Assembly (NCBI GenBank): GCA_951406725.2
Contig: OX597816.1
Location: 82,770,001 to 82,834,000, forward strand
Direction: 5' to 3'
Length of the DNA: 64,000 bases
Source: Octopus vulgaris
Taxonomy: Eukaryota
Below the pieces are notes generated by a model. The model was not told where the DNA came from, ran no database searches, and worked only from the letters and a program-made list of their open reading frames with translations. How positions within the stretch are numbered: position 1 is the first letter of the stretch; each line of letters opens with the position of its first letter. The position numbers and the translations under genes are program-made. Positions 13,467 to 27,220 of this stretch are shown here, in pieces.

Positions 13467-14020
13467 ATCATCATCATCATCGTTTAATGTCTGTTTTCCA
13501 TGCTCGCATGGGTTGGATGGTTTGACTAAGGTCTGGAAAGCCAGTGGCTGCACCAGGCTCCAATCTGATCCGGCAATGTTTCTACAGCTGGATACTCTTC
13601 CTAACACCAACCACTCTGAGAATGTTGTGGGTGCCTTTTATGTGTCATTGGCATAGGAGCCAGTCAGGTGGCCCTGGTATCAATCATGTTTGGGTAGTGA
13701 TTTTTACGTGTCACTAGCATGGGAGCCAATCAGGGGGCACTGGCATCGGCCACATTCAGATGGTGCTTTTAATGGCCGCTGACATCGGAGCCAGTCAGGC
13801 AGCCCTGGCATTGATCACATTCCGATAGTGCTTTTTATGTACCACTGGCATGGGAGCCAGTCAGGGGGCACTGGCATTGATCATGTTTGGCTAGTGAGTG
13901 TTTTTTACATGCCACCAGCACAGGAGCCAGTCAGGCGACTCTGGCATCAGCCACGTTTGAATAGTTCTTTTTATGTGTCACCGGCACAGGAGCCAGTCAG
14001 GGGGCACTGGCATCGGCCAT
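13467..14020 (-). mobile_element. RTE 3' UTR fragment with about six tandem ~60-bp repeats
   Basis: Same tail as 5868 and 14813; repeated GGAGCCAGTCAGG..CTGGCAT unit; (GAT)n tail. Confidence 0.75.
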
Positions 14021-14812
14021 GGAATGTACATTCCCTGTGTTGTTCATCCCAGTGAGATCTAGCTTTCCTTTCTGTCTATGGCCACAACCAGAATCAACAG
14101 GCATCAAAATGAGCTAATGAGGGAACTTCTAAGTGATAACTCGGCTCATTAGAAACACAGGCAAAGTCTCCCTCAAACCACATTCTACTGTCTTGTAAAA
14201 GGGGACACATTAGATAATGTAATCCATAGTACATTAAACCTGATAATAAAAGATGGTATGGTTATGACTGAAATAATTCTTTGATCATGATTCTATGCAA
14301 TCAGAGCTGACCTGTGGCTAAACAACAACAACATGCATGCAGACACAGAGTTGACAGTAGAGAGAGTAAAGTATGCCCCACTGTACCTCACACTGTATGT
14401 TAAAGTGTGCAGTATGGTCCTCTAGTAGATTGAAATATGAGATATTTGCTGATCTTGTTTAACAGCACTACCTCTCTCTTGAACTCCCACTTCTTTGATA
14501 AACTTCTTGGACTGTTGTTACATTTCAAAGACTATCTTGCCATCAAAATCCACTCAGATTACTACTGGAACTCTATATTACTTGAATTGCTTGCTTCCTG
14601 GATCTTACTGCACACTGTAGTTGTTTGACCAACTACCGACGTGCCACTGGTCAGCTAGATCAGAGATAATTTGAGATTACACAATGACAATAGTGAAACA
14701 ACAAGATCTGTAATAGCAGCATCGAACCTAACTCAATTATAAATTTAAAAACTACCGCCAAGCTCAACATCCTCAAAGCTTTTACATCCATCCTGATCCC
14801 TCCATTATGAGT

Positions 14813-16400
14813 CATCATCATCATCATCATCATCATCATAATTTAACATCTGGCATGGTTTGGACAGTTTGTCCAGGGTAGGTAAATTTGAAGGCTGCAC
14901 CGGACTCCAGTTTGATTTGGTATAGTTTCTACAGCTGGATGCTCTTCCTAATGCCAACTGCTTCGAAAGTGTAACGGGTGCTTTTATGTGTAACTGGCAC
15001 GGGTGCCATTTGTGTGACGCTGGTATCTGCCATGACTGTGGTTTTGCTCGGCTTGACAGGTCTTCTACTCAAGCACGACATAAAGCCAATGATCTTAGTC
15101 ATTGCCCCCCTGAGGCCAAACACTTGAAAGGAGCTCATCCACTTTACTCCAATGCTTGAAAGGTGCATTTTATGTGTCAGCAGCATGGGTGCCAGTAACG
15201 TGACACCAGCATCAGCCATGACTATGATTTCACTTGGCTTCACAGGTCCCCTTATCACAGCTCATCGCCTCTGTGAGGCCCAAAGTTCAAAGATCATGCT
15301 TCACCACCTCGTCCCATGGATTCCTGGGCCTACCTCTACCACAGGTTCCCTCAACAGTTAGAGATGGGCACTTCTTTACATAGCTGTCCTTGTCCATATG
15401 CATCACGTGTCCATACCAGTGCAGTTGTCTCTCTTGCACACCATATCTGATGCCTCTTATTCCCAACTTATTCTCAAGATGCTTATGCTCAAACAAACAT
15501 GCACACTGACATTGCACATCTAGCAAGCATGCTGGCTTCATTTCTTTTAAGCCTACACATGTCCTCGGCTGTCATAGCCTATACTTCGCTGCCATGTAGT
15601 ATAGTTGTTCACACACAGGCATCATACAATCTGCTTTTCACTCTGAGAGGGAGGCCCTTTGTTGCGAGCAGAGGTAGGAGCTCTCTGCACTTTGCCCAGC
15701 CTAATCTTATTCTCACAGCTATGCTCTCAGCGTATCCACCTCCACTACTAACTTGGTCATCTAGATAACAGAAGTTATGTACTACCTCTAGCTTACCCCA
15801 CTGGCAGTTGATGGAGTCTATTTTTTGTACATTTTTGGTGTTTATTGTACTTGAGCATCTTCCGCACACAAACCTTCCTCTGATACTGCTGCTCTTCTTA
15901 TGTGTCCATAGCTTACACTGGGTACAGCTTATGAAGTTTCTACCTATGCTTTTTCTACAGATTGAGTAGATTCCTAAATTTCCAACCATATGAAGGGTCC
16001 AAAAGCTTCCAAATACTTCTTTTCCAGATTGGTCTGTTTCTTGGCATCCTTCTGACCTAGAGTCTAAAGTGACTGATGACTAGTCTATACTGGTGGCGAG
16101 GTGGGGGGGGGTACATTCTTCACCAGGGAGGGTCTTTGCATTTAAGAGCAACCATACATCCCACTGTTTGGTGAGAATGTAATCAATCTGGTTAGCGCAG
16201 TAACCTGACTGATAGGTTATCAGATGGCTGGATGGCTTCCTGAAGTTGCTGATGCAGATCAATAGGTTATTTGTATCCCAGAACTTCAGTAGCCTTGTGC
16301 CCTCATTGTACACCATGGAAGATACCAGGCTGCCATCTGACATGCCCATTGAAATCCCCAGCCACATGTTAAAAGCAAATAACCTCCTTGGTCAAAGTCT
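14813..16400 (-). mobile_element. Internally deleted RTE LINE (APE remnant, PHD-like insert, C-terminus)
   Basis: EGTRLLKF..LITYQSG..QIDYIL (APE); ICRKSIGRNFISCTQCKLWTHKK..FVCGRC; LHWYGHVMHMD; (GAT)n tail. Confidence 0.8.
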
Positions 16401-16695
16401 AACAATCTCCCATAGTTATGAATTATGACCAAAAAAAGAAAAAAACCTTCTTAAATAAGAAAGGAATGTGTGTTTGAAGATTTGGTTACTTAGGATTACC
16501 ACTTTATAGTACCAGTACAGATAATTCTGGACAAATGCATTTGATGCATTTGATAGAGGCTTTATGGAAATTCCTGTGCATCATTACATCATATCATACC
16601 TGCATCACAGTCAAGATATACTATTGATGTGATGAGACTAAGTAAGCATAAAGAAAGAAAAATGGAGGTTAAAAAAGAAAATCAGATATATTTAC

Positions 16696-16708
16696 CACAT
16701 GTTTGGTT
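16696..16708 (-). CDS. Candidate 13-nt microexon (NQTC)
   Basis: gttttcctcacacag|AACCAAACATGTG|GTAAAT; phase 0 to 1; 17+13=30 nt restores phase 1 before the PAN exon. Confidence 0.5.
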
Positions 16709-16798
16709 CTGTGTGAGGAAAACACACAGGAGATAGTTCTTGTGTAAAACTGCACTCAAAAGGAACTGGGTGAATTTCAGCATCTGGTTTTCACTTAC

Positions 16799-16815
16799 TT
16801 TCTTTACATTTTGTA
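16799..16815 (-). CDS. Candidate 17-nt microexon (VQNVKK)
   Basis: Long pyrimidine tract ...ccctttctatccttctgtag| and donor |GTAAGT; phase 1 to 0. Confidence 0.5.
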
Positions 16816-17989
16816 CTACAGAAGGATAGAAAGGGTTATAAAATAATGCAAAAGAAAACTGAATTGGGGGAGCTTAAAATATATTTCTTACATTAGCAAA
16901 AGACCATACATTTCTTGTGTTTGGGTCAGAAAGTTGTATATTTCAATAAACGACATTTAAGTGGCTCAGGAGGAGGGACAAATGGTAAAGTAGTTAACAC
17001 TGGAGGAAGTTGAACACTGCAGAAGAATGGAACTAAATTCAGTAAGGCTTTTTGGCTTAGTGCTTCTTATTGACATGGCTTTGAAGATTGAAAAAGTGTG
17101 TATATATTGTTTTGTTTAACAAAATTAAGATGGCTTTAAGCTTGCTCAAAACAATGGTGGAGAAAGAAAGATTATATGGAGGCAATTCTTATTAATAAAA
17201 AGGAGAAAGATAAAAATTTTCACCAATATTTTGGCAATGCGAAGTATTTCTGAATTTTAGAATCACATTTTTAGCTGTTGCTCTATTTATTTCATTCCAA
17301 CTCAACATAAGACCAGTCCTCTGAAGAGTAGGGATTAACTAGAAATAGCAGCCAGACCTCTCTCAAATTACATCCTTCTGTCATAAACAAAAGAGGAAAA
17401 GGATGCATATTGTTCATTGTTAGAATGCTTTTGACCATAAATCTGCTCAATTGCTTGATTAAGGCTATACAACAACAGAGAAGCTTATGCATCATCGAGG
17501 GGACCTAAAAAGACTGAAATATGTCTATTATTTCTCACAGATAAAAAGAAAACAATTTCAACCACAACATAAGGGACTAAAGCCATCTGAATATGGCTAG
17601 GGACAGGGCAGGGTGGTGGGGGTAGCTTTGTCTATATTAATAAAAACTTAGAATACCAGATTTTACTGGAGTTATTCCCCTTGCTTATGATTTTCAAATT
17701 TTAACCATCCCCATCCAGTGGAAATTTTTGTCTCTTAATTACTTGAATAATCCCAGCTGATGGAAGTTTTTCGATTTACTATTTTACATATGTAAGACCC
17801 TGCCATATCTCCATTTGCACATACATCTATGTATCTCAATTCAGCTCCATTCTCTCCACATTGTAAGTTACAATAAATAAAGTGGGTATTCTTGGTTTTT
17901 CTTCAAAATCAATCAGAATTTAATAACAACACTTCACTAGGTGGAAACGAAACAACTGTTACAAGTTACTATCAACTTGACAAGCTTAC

Positions 17990-18151
17990 CAGTACAGCTT
18001 ATTTTCTCTTGTTCCCAGATACCGTTTTTGCACGAAATTTCATCCTCATCAATTTCTCCTTGATAGCCTTCTAAGCAAGTTACTTTAGCAACACCAGGTT
18101 TTGTAAGTTCAACTTCAGCATTGGTGATATTTGGTAAGATGGCGCAGAGGT
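17990..18151 (-). CDS. Sushi/CCP-like exon 5
   Basis: tttctcatatcag|AC...ACT G|GTAAGC, 162 nt, phase 1-1; DLCAILPNITNA..KVTCLEGYQG..ISCKNGIWEQEKISCT. Confidence 0.88.
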
Positions 18152-18221
18152 CTGATATGAGAAATAATAAAGTAAAAAGTAAGAAAAAAAAAAACAACCC
18201 TACAAAAACAAAACAAAACAG

Positions 18222-18628
18222 AAGGAGTGGCTGTGTGGTAAGTAGCTTGCTAACCAACCACATGGTTCCGGGTTCAGTCCCACTGCGTGGCATCTTGGGC
18301 AAGTGTCTTCTACTATAGCTCCGGGCCGACCAATGCCTTGTGAGTGGATTTGGTAGACGGAAACTGAAAGAAGCCTGTCGTATATATGTATATATATATA
18401 TGTGTGTGTGTATGTGTATGTGTTTGTCCCCCTAGCATTGCTTGACAACCGATGCTGGTGTGTTTACGTCCCCGTCACTTAGCAGTTCAGCAAAAGAGAC
18501 CGATAGAATAAGTACTGGGCTTACAAAGAATAAGTTCCGGGGTCGATTTGCTCGACTAAAGGCGGTGCTCCAGCATAGCTGCAGTCATATGACTGAAACA
18601 AGTAAAAGAGTAAAAGAGTAAAGAGTAA
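18222..18628 (+). mobile_element. Full-length tRNA-derived SINE
   Basis: A-box TGGCTGTGTGGT, B-box-like GGTTCAGTCC, CTTGGGCAAGTG core, LINE-like tail, GTAAAAGA repeats. Confidence 0.85.
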
Positions 18629-20177
18629 ACACTCAAATAAACAATTTGAAATCTTTTGAAATTGATATGGTATTTTCAATGATGATAAAGATGATGATGA
18701 TGATGGTGGTGACGAAGACGATGATGACGACGGTGGTGGTAATGAAGATGATAATGATGATGATGATATTGTATTGTTTGGCTCTAGATCAGCTCTGATC
18801 AAGTAGATTTATGTTTTAAGGGTGTTCCAGATTTGACTATACCATTTCAGAACTACATCATTATGGATACACATCTTTTTCTTAAAATTGGTAGTATGTG
18901 ACTGAAAGGCGATTTGACTGCTATATCTGGTGGGCTAGACGAGTACATAGCGGTCACTTCTGGTGATGACGATAATGAGGAGGAGGAGGAGGAGGAAACC
19001 GAAGAGAGGGATGACAAAGACCCATTCTTATTCATATCAGCATCTTTGTCATTAACCCTGTACCTCCTCCACTTTACCTCATGATACTAACAGACTGACA
19101 TGCCCAATGTCATAACATCTCTTTGTCTTCTCTAGACAGAGGGCTCAAATAATTAAGCCATTGTGGCCTACCAACCATGTCTGTCTTCTACCAGTCTACA
19201 CAGTTCCACAAAACTTATGTAATGTTATCGTTGAACCTGGCTTTAGGTCTTCTTATTGTTTTGCCATATACCACACCTGATAACAGGAACTTGTTAAGGT
19301 CTTGTCTTCTACGTATATGGCCGGTAAGGTCCATTTTCTTTAAATGATAGAATGTAACAGTTTTCCCTGGCACTTTATTTTGTGAAGATCCACTCATTAG
19401 TTCTTTTCTCCATCCAGCTGATTCTGAGAATGAGTCTAAAACGCTATTGTTCAAATGCTTCAATTTTTCTTTTGTCAATTCCCTTTATAATCCAACATTC
19501 AGCTCCATAGGCAGCTATGCTAAATAGCTATGAATTGAGGAGTCATTTTCTTTGTTTGCAAAGAAATGGCCATTACATCTCTACTGCAACACTAATGCAG
19601 CTAAACAAACACTATCATCACCATACACCACAACGACCATCAGCTTCCTATCTTCACAACTTCACAGTCACCTGACCAAGCATCAGGTCTCCCACAACCA
19701 CTGCAACGTTCTCCTCTCACTTCCAGATCTTCGCATCCACCTTAACGTCATTAAAACAACCGCTTCCAGCTATATAAAGTCTCTATCCTCAACCATTCCC
19801 CCCACATCATCATCATCCCTCCCCATGCTAATTCTTCCTTTCATCACCATTCCCTGCCCTAGTGAAGTTGTGCTTAATAAGGATCAACCTAATGTTATTG
19901 TTATTTGAGCCCCAGATTTGCTCTGATCGAACAAGCCAATGATAATTGATATTCCAACAGTAACTTCCCCTCTTTATTTATTTATTGTTCAATGTTATAT
20001 CATTATTTAAGATGGCTGAATGTAAGTCAAAGGAATTCACCTGCTATTTCTAGCTGGTCTAGCGACTCCACAAAAGGATCCTTAAGTAGCTTATGTAGCG
20101 CCAATTCAGCTCTATAGCATGTATATAGTCAACTTAACTACTAAGGTATGACCCTTACATGTATTGCTTTTGGTATA

Positions 20178-21130
20178 CAGGGTGCGTCAGTTTTTTGAGG
20201 ACACTTCTTTCAAGACTTCTAACTTATTTTTTGTATCTTACTTTTCAGATAAATAATGTCAGACATGAGGTTGACTCAGTAAATGAAAAGGCACGCTGTA
20301 CCCATTGCCTTAAAAGTACAGCATAGTGACACAAAAACAGCTTGCTTCCTGAAAGTTACTAATCCTTCATTGTCACAGTTCAAAAGAGATGGAAGCTGCT
20401 AGCAGGGATCCAACATCAACAGCTAAATGCAAAACGCATGCAGTGTCCTAATACCATTAGAATACATAACTTTGCACCAAAAGTCTAAAAGATAATCGAT
20501 AAAAACCTCAGAAAGTAAATCAGAGCCATTGCAAAGGGCCTCAAGGTTTTGGAATGCATCATCAAAAGAGCTGTGCACGAGGACATTGAGTACAAGCTGT
20601 ATGTGATGCAGAGGGGTCAGTTTATATCTTGAATGGGACAAGAGAGAATTGTTCGATCCGTGCAAAGGGTTTGCTGGACAAGTTAAAACATCAAGAGGCT
20701 GCAATGCCTTGATTTTCCTCTGATGAGAAAAAACATTGCTCAGGACCAAAAGGTAAACCGAAGAAACAACAAATAGTTATTCAGAGATCCAAATGAGGCT
20801 CCAACAGTCATGCATACTAAGTTCCAAGCAACTGTTATGGGCCTGGCAGTCATCAACAAGAAAGGAGATATCATGCGTCCTTACTTTTTTTCACAGGTCT
20901 TAAAAGTCAATGTCGTTGTCTATACAGAGGTGTTGCAAAATTATAAGGCTCTGGATAGACAGAATATGCAATGGAAGATTGTACATCTTTCAACAAAACT
21001 GTGTGCTCTCTCATAAGATTGGAACAATCCAACAGTGGATATGTACTGATTTCCATGATCATGTTCTCTCAGACATAGCCTCCTGGCTCCCCAGACCTCA
21101 GTCCACTGGACATTTATGTATGGGGAGTAG

Positions 21131-21161
<31 letters not shown>

Positions 21162-21548
21162 GGAGAGAAATGGAGAGAAAGAGAGAAAAAGAGACAGATA
21201 GATAGATAGAAAGAGAGAGAGAGAAAGGGATTGATAGATAGATAGAGAGAAAGAGAGAGAGATAAGTCAATCAACTTCCCCATAACACCATACAATCTCT
21301 CAAGTCCACTATAACCTGCACTATGTCCAAAACTATGAAAGATCATCTGATTCAGGCATGTCAATGCTTCTGACCCCGTATTAAAGTTTCTATTAATGCT
21401 AACAGTGGATTTATTGAATAGGTGAGATAAAAGGATTTTCAAGGTTAATGGTACCAATTTTCAAATACAGCTTTTCTTTTCTTTTTGATGAGTTATTCCT
21501 CTTTTTCTGAATTCATAAAAAATGGCTTCAAAGTACTGACACACCCTG
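20178..21548 (+). mobile_element. Decayed Tc1/mariner transposon
   Basis: TA|CAGGGTGCGTCAGT...ACTGACACACCCTG|TA; remnants TKFQATVMGLAVI..GDIMRPYFF, GRLYIFQQN. Confidence 0.85.
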
Positions 21549-21647
21549 TATTTTGACACATCTTCTTGGTGACCATATTGCACATTTCACCATGTAATGT
21601 TTAATGGTATGAATAAAATCGATAAGTTTGAATTTGATTTGAATTAC

Positions 21648-21815
21648 CTGTGCAGTTTATTTCAGATTGTGTCCATGTTTTATTCTGGCAGGTGAGAATC
21701 TCTGTTTCATGTGTTCCCTTGTAACCTTCCAGGCAATTTACTTTCAGAGTGCCCGGTTCCGTTTGTGTCAGATTTGCATGTGCTACAGTTGGTTTTTCAC
21801 CGCAGGGACTAAGAG
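21648..21815 (-). CDS. Sushi/CCP-like exon 4
   Basis: cttctcattccag|CT...ACA G|GTAATT, 168 nt, phase 1-1; ALSPCGEKPTVAHA..KVNCLEGYKG..LTCQNKTWTQSEINCT. Confidence 0.88.
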
Positions 21816-23574
21816 CTGGAATGAGAAGAGGGATATTTTCGGTTTGACTGCCAGCATTTCCAAAAATCAATTTAAAAATTTGGCACAATAACACACTTGC
21901 CCAAACTGAAATGTTGGAGTTATTTAATTTTTTTTCCAGAAAAAATGGTCTTAAAATGTTATAGAGGTTTAAAGTTTGATAATTTTTCACCCAGTCATGA
22001 AACAGGATTTGGAAGCTGTCATTTTGTGCGTGACTACACATTTTGTCATCAACATCCTGAAAATATTTGTCAATATTTTTAAACATGTGTTATGTCTCCA
22101 GTAATTTTCTTTCAAGTAAATAAATCTTATTTGGCTGTTATTTTTAGCACACCCCACAACCACCAGCGTTTAATGCAAATGTGATAAAAATGTTACATGT
22201 GATAAACACATTACAATTTTTAATAGAGAGATTTGGAAGAATTAGATGAAAGTTCTCTGGTAATTTTCTTTCGTGTAAATAAATATTTATATCAATTTGA
22301 AAATTTGCCAGCAAAATCTTATAAAATGATAATGTTCCAAAAGATGTACATGTTTATATGTTATATATGAAATTAAGAGTGAACAAAATATGCATAAAAA
22401 CAAACATTTAAGCATGCAATAAGCAACACATTAACACACGTGCTTCTTTTCAGACTTTTGAAAGACTGTTACTACGGTAACAGGCAAAAGAGTTCTCATG
22501 TTCCGCTTGTTACTATTGAAACAGACATGAATGTGTCTGTGGCTTACGAGTGGCTATAATTACCAAAACTTTCAAACCTTAATTACTAATAACTCTTTAT
22601 TTATTGATTTATAATGAAAATTACATTCACATTATTAAATAGTACAAAAGTGTATCATTACACTGAATATGAAATCAATTCGAATAGAAAATTGATGCTG
22701 GCAGACACTGACAGCCAAACAAAAGATCTGAGAAGAGATATCTTTTTACAACACATAAGTTATGGCAGCAGATGATTAACTTGGACATCTACTGTTTGTA
22801 TTTACGTACATATATATGTGTAGCATAGACTCGGTTTTAATTCCTCTCTCCCTTTATTATATATACATGCATTCCAACGTAGCAGGGAACAGCTAGCCTT
22901 TGGTCGATATTTGGATCCCGTTGTGTCCACTACTCTGATTGGTTGGTATTGGCGCAATATGTCTCTTACTCGATTGCACCAACTGCCGCGTATAAATACG
23001 GTCACATGAGACAGCCTGTTCTCTTTTGAGCCTACAGGTCCTTATAAAAACTCATCTTTAACTCCTTTTGAAGTATTTTGCTTCCAGACCTTTTCAGGCC
23101 TAGCCATTGACCACACAAGGCACAACCAATTCCAGTGACAACTCCAGACAACACCATTCCACAACAGTTACGTTGAGACTTACCAACTTCGTCCAACAGC
23201 ATTAAGGCAACCTCCATCATGTCCTTAACATCGTCAGCATAATCTCTCTACGTACACAGCCCAGCAAGCAACTCGCGCAGGTTCCGACACTTCACTATTT
23301 GTGAATTACTTCACCATGGATCAACAGTGAATATACAACCTGCAATAACTCCTGTATCAAGTGACCCGGGCAGCAACATCACAGCCACGACTTCACGTAT
23401 GACATGTACCTGCAACCGACTCAGCATCATGTCTGCGACTTCTGGGTACAGTATTTCAACTACCGTGTACAATTGACTACGAACTGGTATTCTCTTTGTT
23501 GTGGCTATGAATTTCTCATTTCGATGTCTATAGACTCTTTCACTGTCTTCTTCATTGCCATTCTTATATGTTCT

Positions 23575-23795
23575 TGGCAGAATCGTTAGCACGCCAGGCG
23601 AAATGCTTAGCAGTATTTTGTCTGCCATTACATTCTGAGTTCAAATTCCACCGAAGTCGACTTTGCCTTTCGTCCTTTCGGGGTCGACTAAGTAAGTACC
23701 AGTTACGCACTGGGGTCGATGTAATCAACTTAATCCCTTTGTCGGTCCTTTTTTTGTCCCCTCTATGTTTGGTCCCCTGTGGGCAATAAAGAAAT
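23575..23795 (+). mobile_element. Deu/Nin-domain-like SINE
   Basis: TGGCAGAATCGTTAG..GAGTTCAAATTCC..GCCTTTCGTCCTTTCGGGGTCGA..AAGTACCAG. Confidence 0.8.
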
Positions 23796-24299
23796 ATATA
23801 TGTTCTTTGCACGCGCATACATCTATGCTTACACGCACACATACATTTGTTCTCATGACGGCCTGTCTAATATTCTGTATACATGACACACACAGACACA
23901 TTCTACACGGATGTATCTCCTTTTTCCCTCTGGCATTTATATGTACCATTCTATGTTTATATTTATTGTAAGGCCTATGTGATGTACTAAAGAGCTATTC
24001 TTGTCACCTCTCATCGCATGGTCCTTACATATGTTTGCCAAAGACTTGAAAGCGATCATAATATCGACATGATTTACAACCGCTACATGGATTTACAACT
24101 GCAGCGTCACATTATATTTCGAAGGTTGTGCATTTGCAATTCAAGAACAGGAGATTGCTACCAAATGTCTAATAAACAAAGATACATTTCTGATGAAGAC
24201 ATCACACATATGATCGGCAACCACCCAAAAATGCTATCAAGGTACTACATCTCTATGCGACACAACGTTGTCACTAAACCAATATATTATTTTCTACTC

Positions 24300-25085
24300 T
24301 AGGCACAAGGCCCAAAACTTTTGGGGATGGGGGCAGTCAATTACATCGACCCTAGTACGCAACTGGCACTTAATTTACTGACCCCGAACGAATGAAAGGC
24401 AAAGTCGACCTCGGCGGAATTTGAACTCAGAACGTACGGACAGACGAAATACCTATTTCTTTACTACCCACAAGGGGCTATACACAGAGGGGACAAACAA
24501 GGGCAGACAAACGGATTAAATCGATTATATCGACCCCAGTGCGTAACTGGTACTTATCTAATCGACCCCGAAAGGATGAAAGGCAAAGTCGACCTCGGCG
24601 GAATTTGAACTCAGACCGTAAAGACAGGCGAAATACCTATTTCTTTACTACCCACAAGGGGTTAAACACAGAGGAGACAAACAAGGACAGACAGACGGAT
24701 TAAGTCGATTATATCGATCCCAGTGCGTAACTGGTATTTAATTTATCGATCCCGAAAGGATGAAAGGCAAAGTCGACCTCGGGGGAATTTGAACTCAGAA
24801 CGTAGCGGCAGACGAAATACCGATAAGCGTTTCGCCCGGCGTGCTAACGTTTCTTATTTCTTTATTGCCCACACGGGGCTAAACGTGGAGGGGACTAACA
24901 AGGACAGACAAAAAGGGATTAAGTCGATTGCATCGACCTCAGTGCGTAACTGGTACTTAATTTATCGACCTCGAAAGGATGAAAGGCAAAGCCGACCTCG
25001 GCGGAATTTGAACTCAGAATGTAACGGCAGACGAAATACCGCTAAGCATTTAGCCCGGCGTGCTAACGTTTCTGCCAGCTCGCAG
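24300..25085 (-). mobile_element. Four tandem Deu/Nin-like SINE units
   Basis: GAAAGGCAAAGTCGACCTCGGCGGAATTTGAACTCAGA occurs four times; only the last unit has a full head. Confidence 0.85.
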
Positions 25086-25599
25086 CTTTGCTAAACCAAT
25101 GTATTATTACAATGCTATCCGATAAAAAAAAAAAAGAAAAGAAAAAGACTGCTCTGGAATAAATATAGAGAACCTCAATATTGTTGAGTACATATATAAA
25201 CATCAACTGAAGAAATATTTGTGGAACCATTCCTATCAAAACTTCTATCAAGTGTAAACACAACAGGCCGGATATTGTTGTTTAGAACAAGCAAAAAAAA
25301 TATGTACTATCACAGACGTCAGCTCCCCTACTTATGTGAATATCTCTTCGAAATTCAAAGAGAAAGAGGGTAACTACGAACAATTGCTTCAAAATTTCCA
25401 ACTTTCATACCTAGATTATAAATTCTCATTAATACCAATAATAGTTAGTACACTTTGTTCTTCTGAATAAATGCCAAGTTTTGAGGAAAAGAAATCAGTC
25501 AGCTAATTCGTTCATTACAAATACAATTTGTAAGCGGAACTGCAAAAACCATGCAAAACTTTTCTTAAATTTAAAATGTGTTTGTGTGTACATACATAC

Positions 25600-25667
<68 letters not shown>

Positions 25668-26559
25668 TTCATCCTTCCGGTGGTCGATGAAATAAGTACC
25701 AGTTGAACAATGAGGTCAATGGGATCTTTACCTTTTGACCTACAGATTAAAAAAATAATTTTTTGTAACTAAACACTTTCAAACTTCGGACACTGGTAGA
25801 ATGTCTCATATAAAACATGTTTTACTCTTAGCATTTTTGAGAAAAACTTATATTTACAAAGTTATTTCACGTTAAAGTTCTCGTATTTCGGTAATTAAGT
25901 ACTAGTGAAACATTGGGGTCGATGTAATGGACTAGACCCCTTCCCAGGGGAGCGGCGGGGGCTTCCCCGTTTTTGAACTAAAATAAACATCTTGTGGCAC
26001 ATTAGGAGGTCATGGAAATTGATTCCACGTGAAAAATCCGAGTTTTTTTTTGTGAAAAGCGCTGGGGCGAGTTTGTAAAACTTTACCGTTTGTCTATCGA
26101 CATGTATTGCACATTGCTCTCGTTTTCAACTATCTGACAGGTACCGACTGGATTTCTCGGATGTGCTAGAGTGGACATGGGTGACCCGCATCGGGTCATT
26201 TAGATAGTATTTGGACAAGGATAGTATAAGTTGTCCACTTTTTAAAACCATCGGCTACACATATTACAAATTTGTGATCTACACGGTTGATCTAGATAAA
26301 CATCATAGGCAGGGACCCAGTTACTAGAAACTGAACATGTCACACTCGGCGTGTCAGACTTACAGAGACTTACAGCGAATTAGTTAAGTGGGCATTGATG
26401 GGTCAGTTGTGAACAACATGGTGGTTTACTCTGAAAAGGGCAATTAGAGTAAATCAATTAAACTTAGACATTTACAATAGAAAAAAAATTAGAATAGATG
26501 GAAACTTAGAAACTTAGAAGTGGGTCTTAGAAAGGCAAAGCAACCGATGTGCAGGTGGT

Positions 26560-27220
26560 GAGATGGGCCCTGGTCCAATTCTTCAACTATAAGCACGAAG
26601 CATGTATTGCCATAGCTAAGGTGTGTGCTTTAAGAAATGAGGGGATGAAAGCCACTCGATGGGCTCGAGTGGCAGAGACATAACATAGCAACAAAGCCAC
26701 AATTCGTTTTTTTTTGTGGATCAAAATTGAAGCATGGTACTTGAGCCCGAGCAGATGTGTCCAGCATTTCAGTAGCACTTTTCTCAACTGTTTGGAACAA
26801 ATGGTTGGCCGAACACAAGATTGACTTCAGTACCTACCTCAACGGTGTACCATAACTCGGCAAGGGGGTATCTACCACTTATCCAGGGACAAAGGGTAAG
26901 ACCATCTAGCCTCTTCTCTTCACTTCTGGATAATCTTGCCGGCTCCAGAACTGAGGTGATATTAACCCGATCCAGAGCCCACTTAATGATTAAGTTTAGT
27001 TTAGTGTGATGAGTGAAACAATCAGCATTTAGGCAGCAAGACAGACCGTAATGACCTGTGTAATCGAGGGGCCTACCACAGCGACATCGCAGTTCCTCAT
27101 AGATGTGGCCCCTCCACTCTGAGTGTGATGGAAATGTGGAGCTCATCTAGACTGAGTAGACCACCAATGTTGGCCATAGGCAGGACATCAAGCCAGTCCC
27201 CTGAGAATTTCGCATTTGTA
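26560..27220 (-). mobile_element. CRE-clade LINE remnant
   Basis: CRCGRPLDYTGHYGLSC..HHTKLN..LEPARLSRSEEKRLDGLTLCPWISG (zinc knuckle + RPDG-type endonuclease). Confidence 0.75.

Noticed and set aside
13640-14020. CRISPR-like repeat array
   Set aside because: Whole ~60-bp units repeat without unique spacers; part of the RTE 3' UTR in eukaryotic DNA
22800-25400. Possible LTR-retrotransposon remnant interrupted by SINEs
   Set aside because: Coding-like composition but no motif I could identify with confidence
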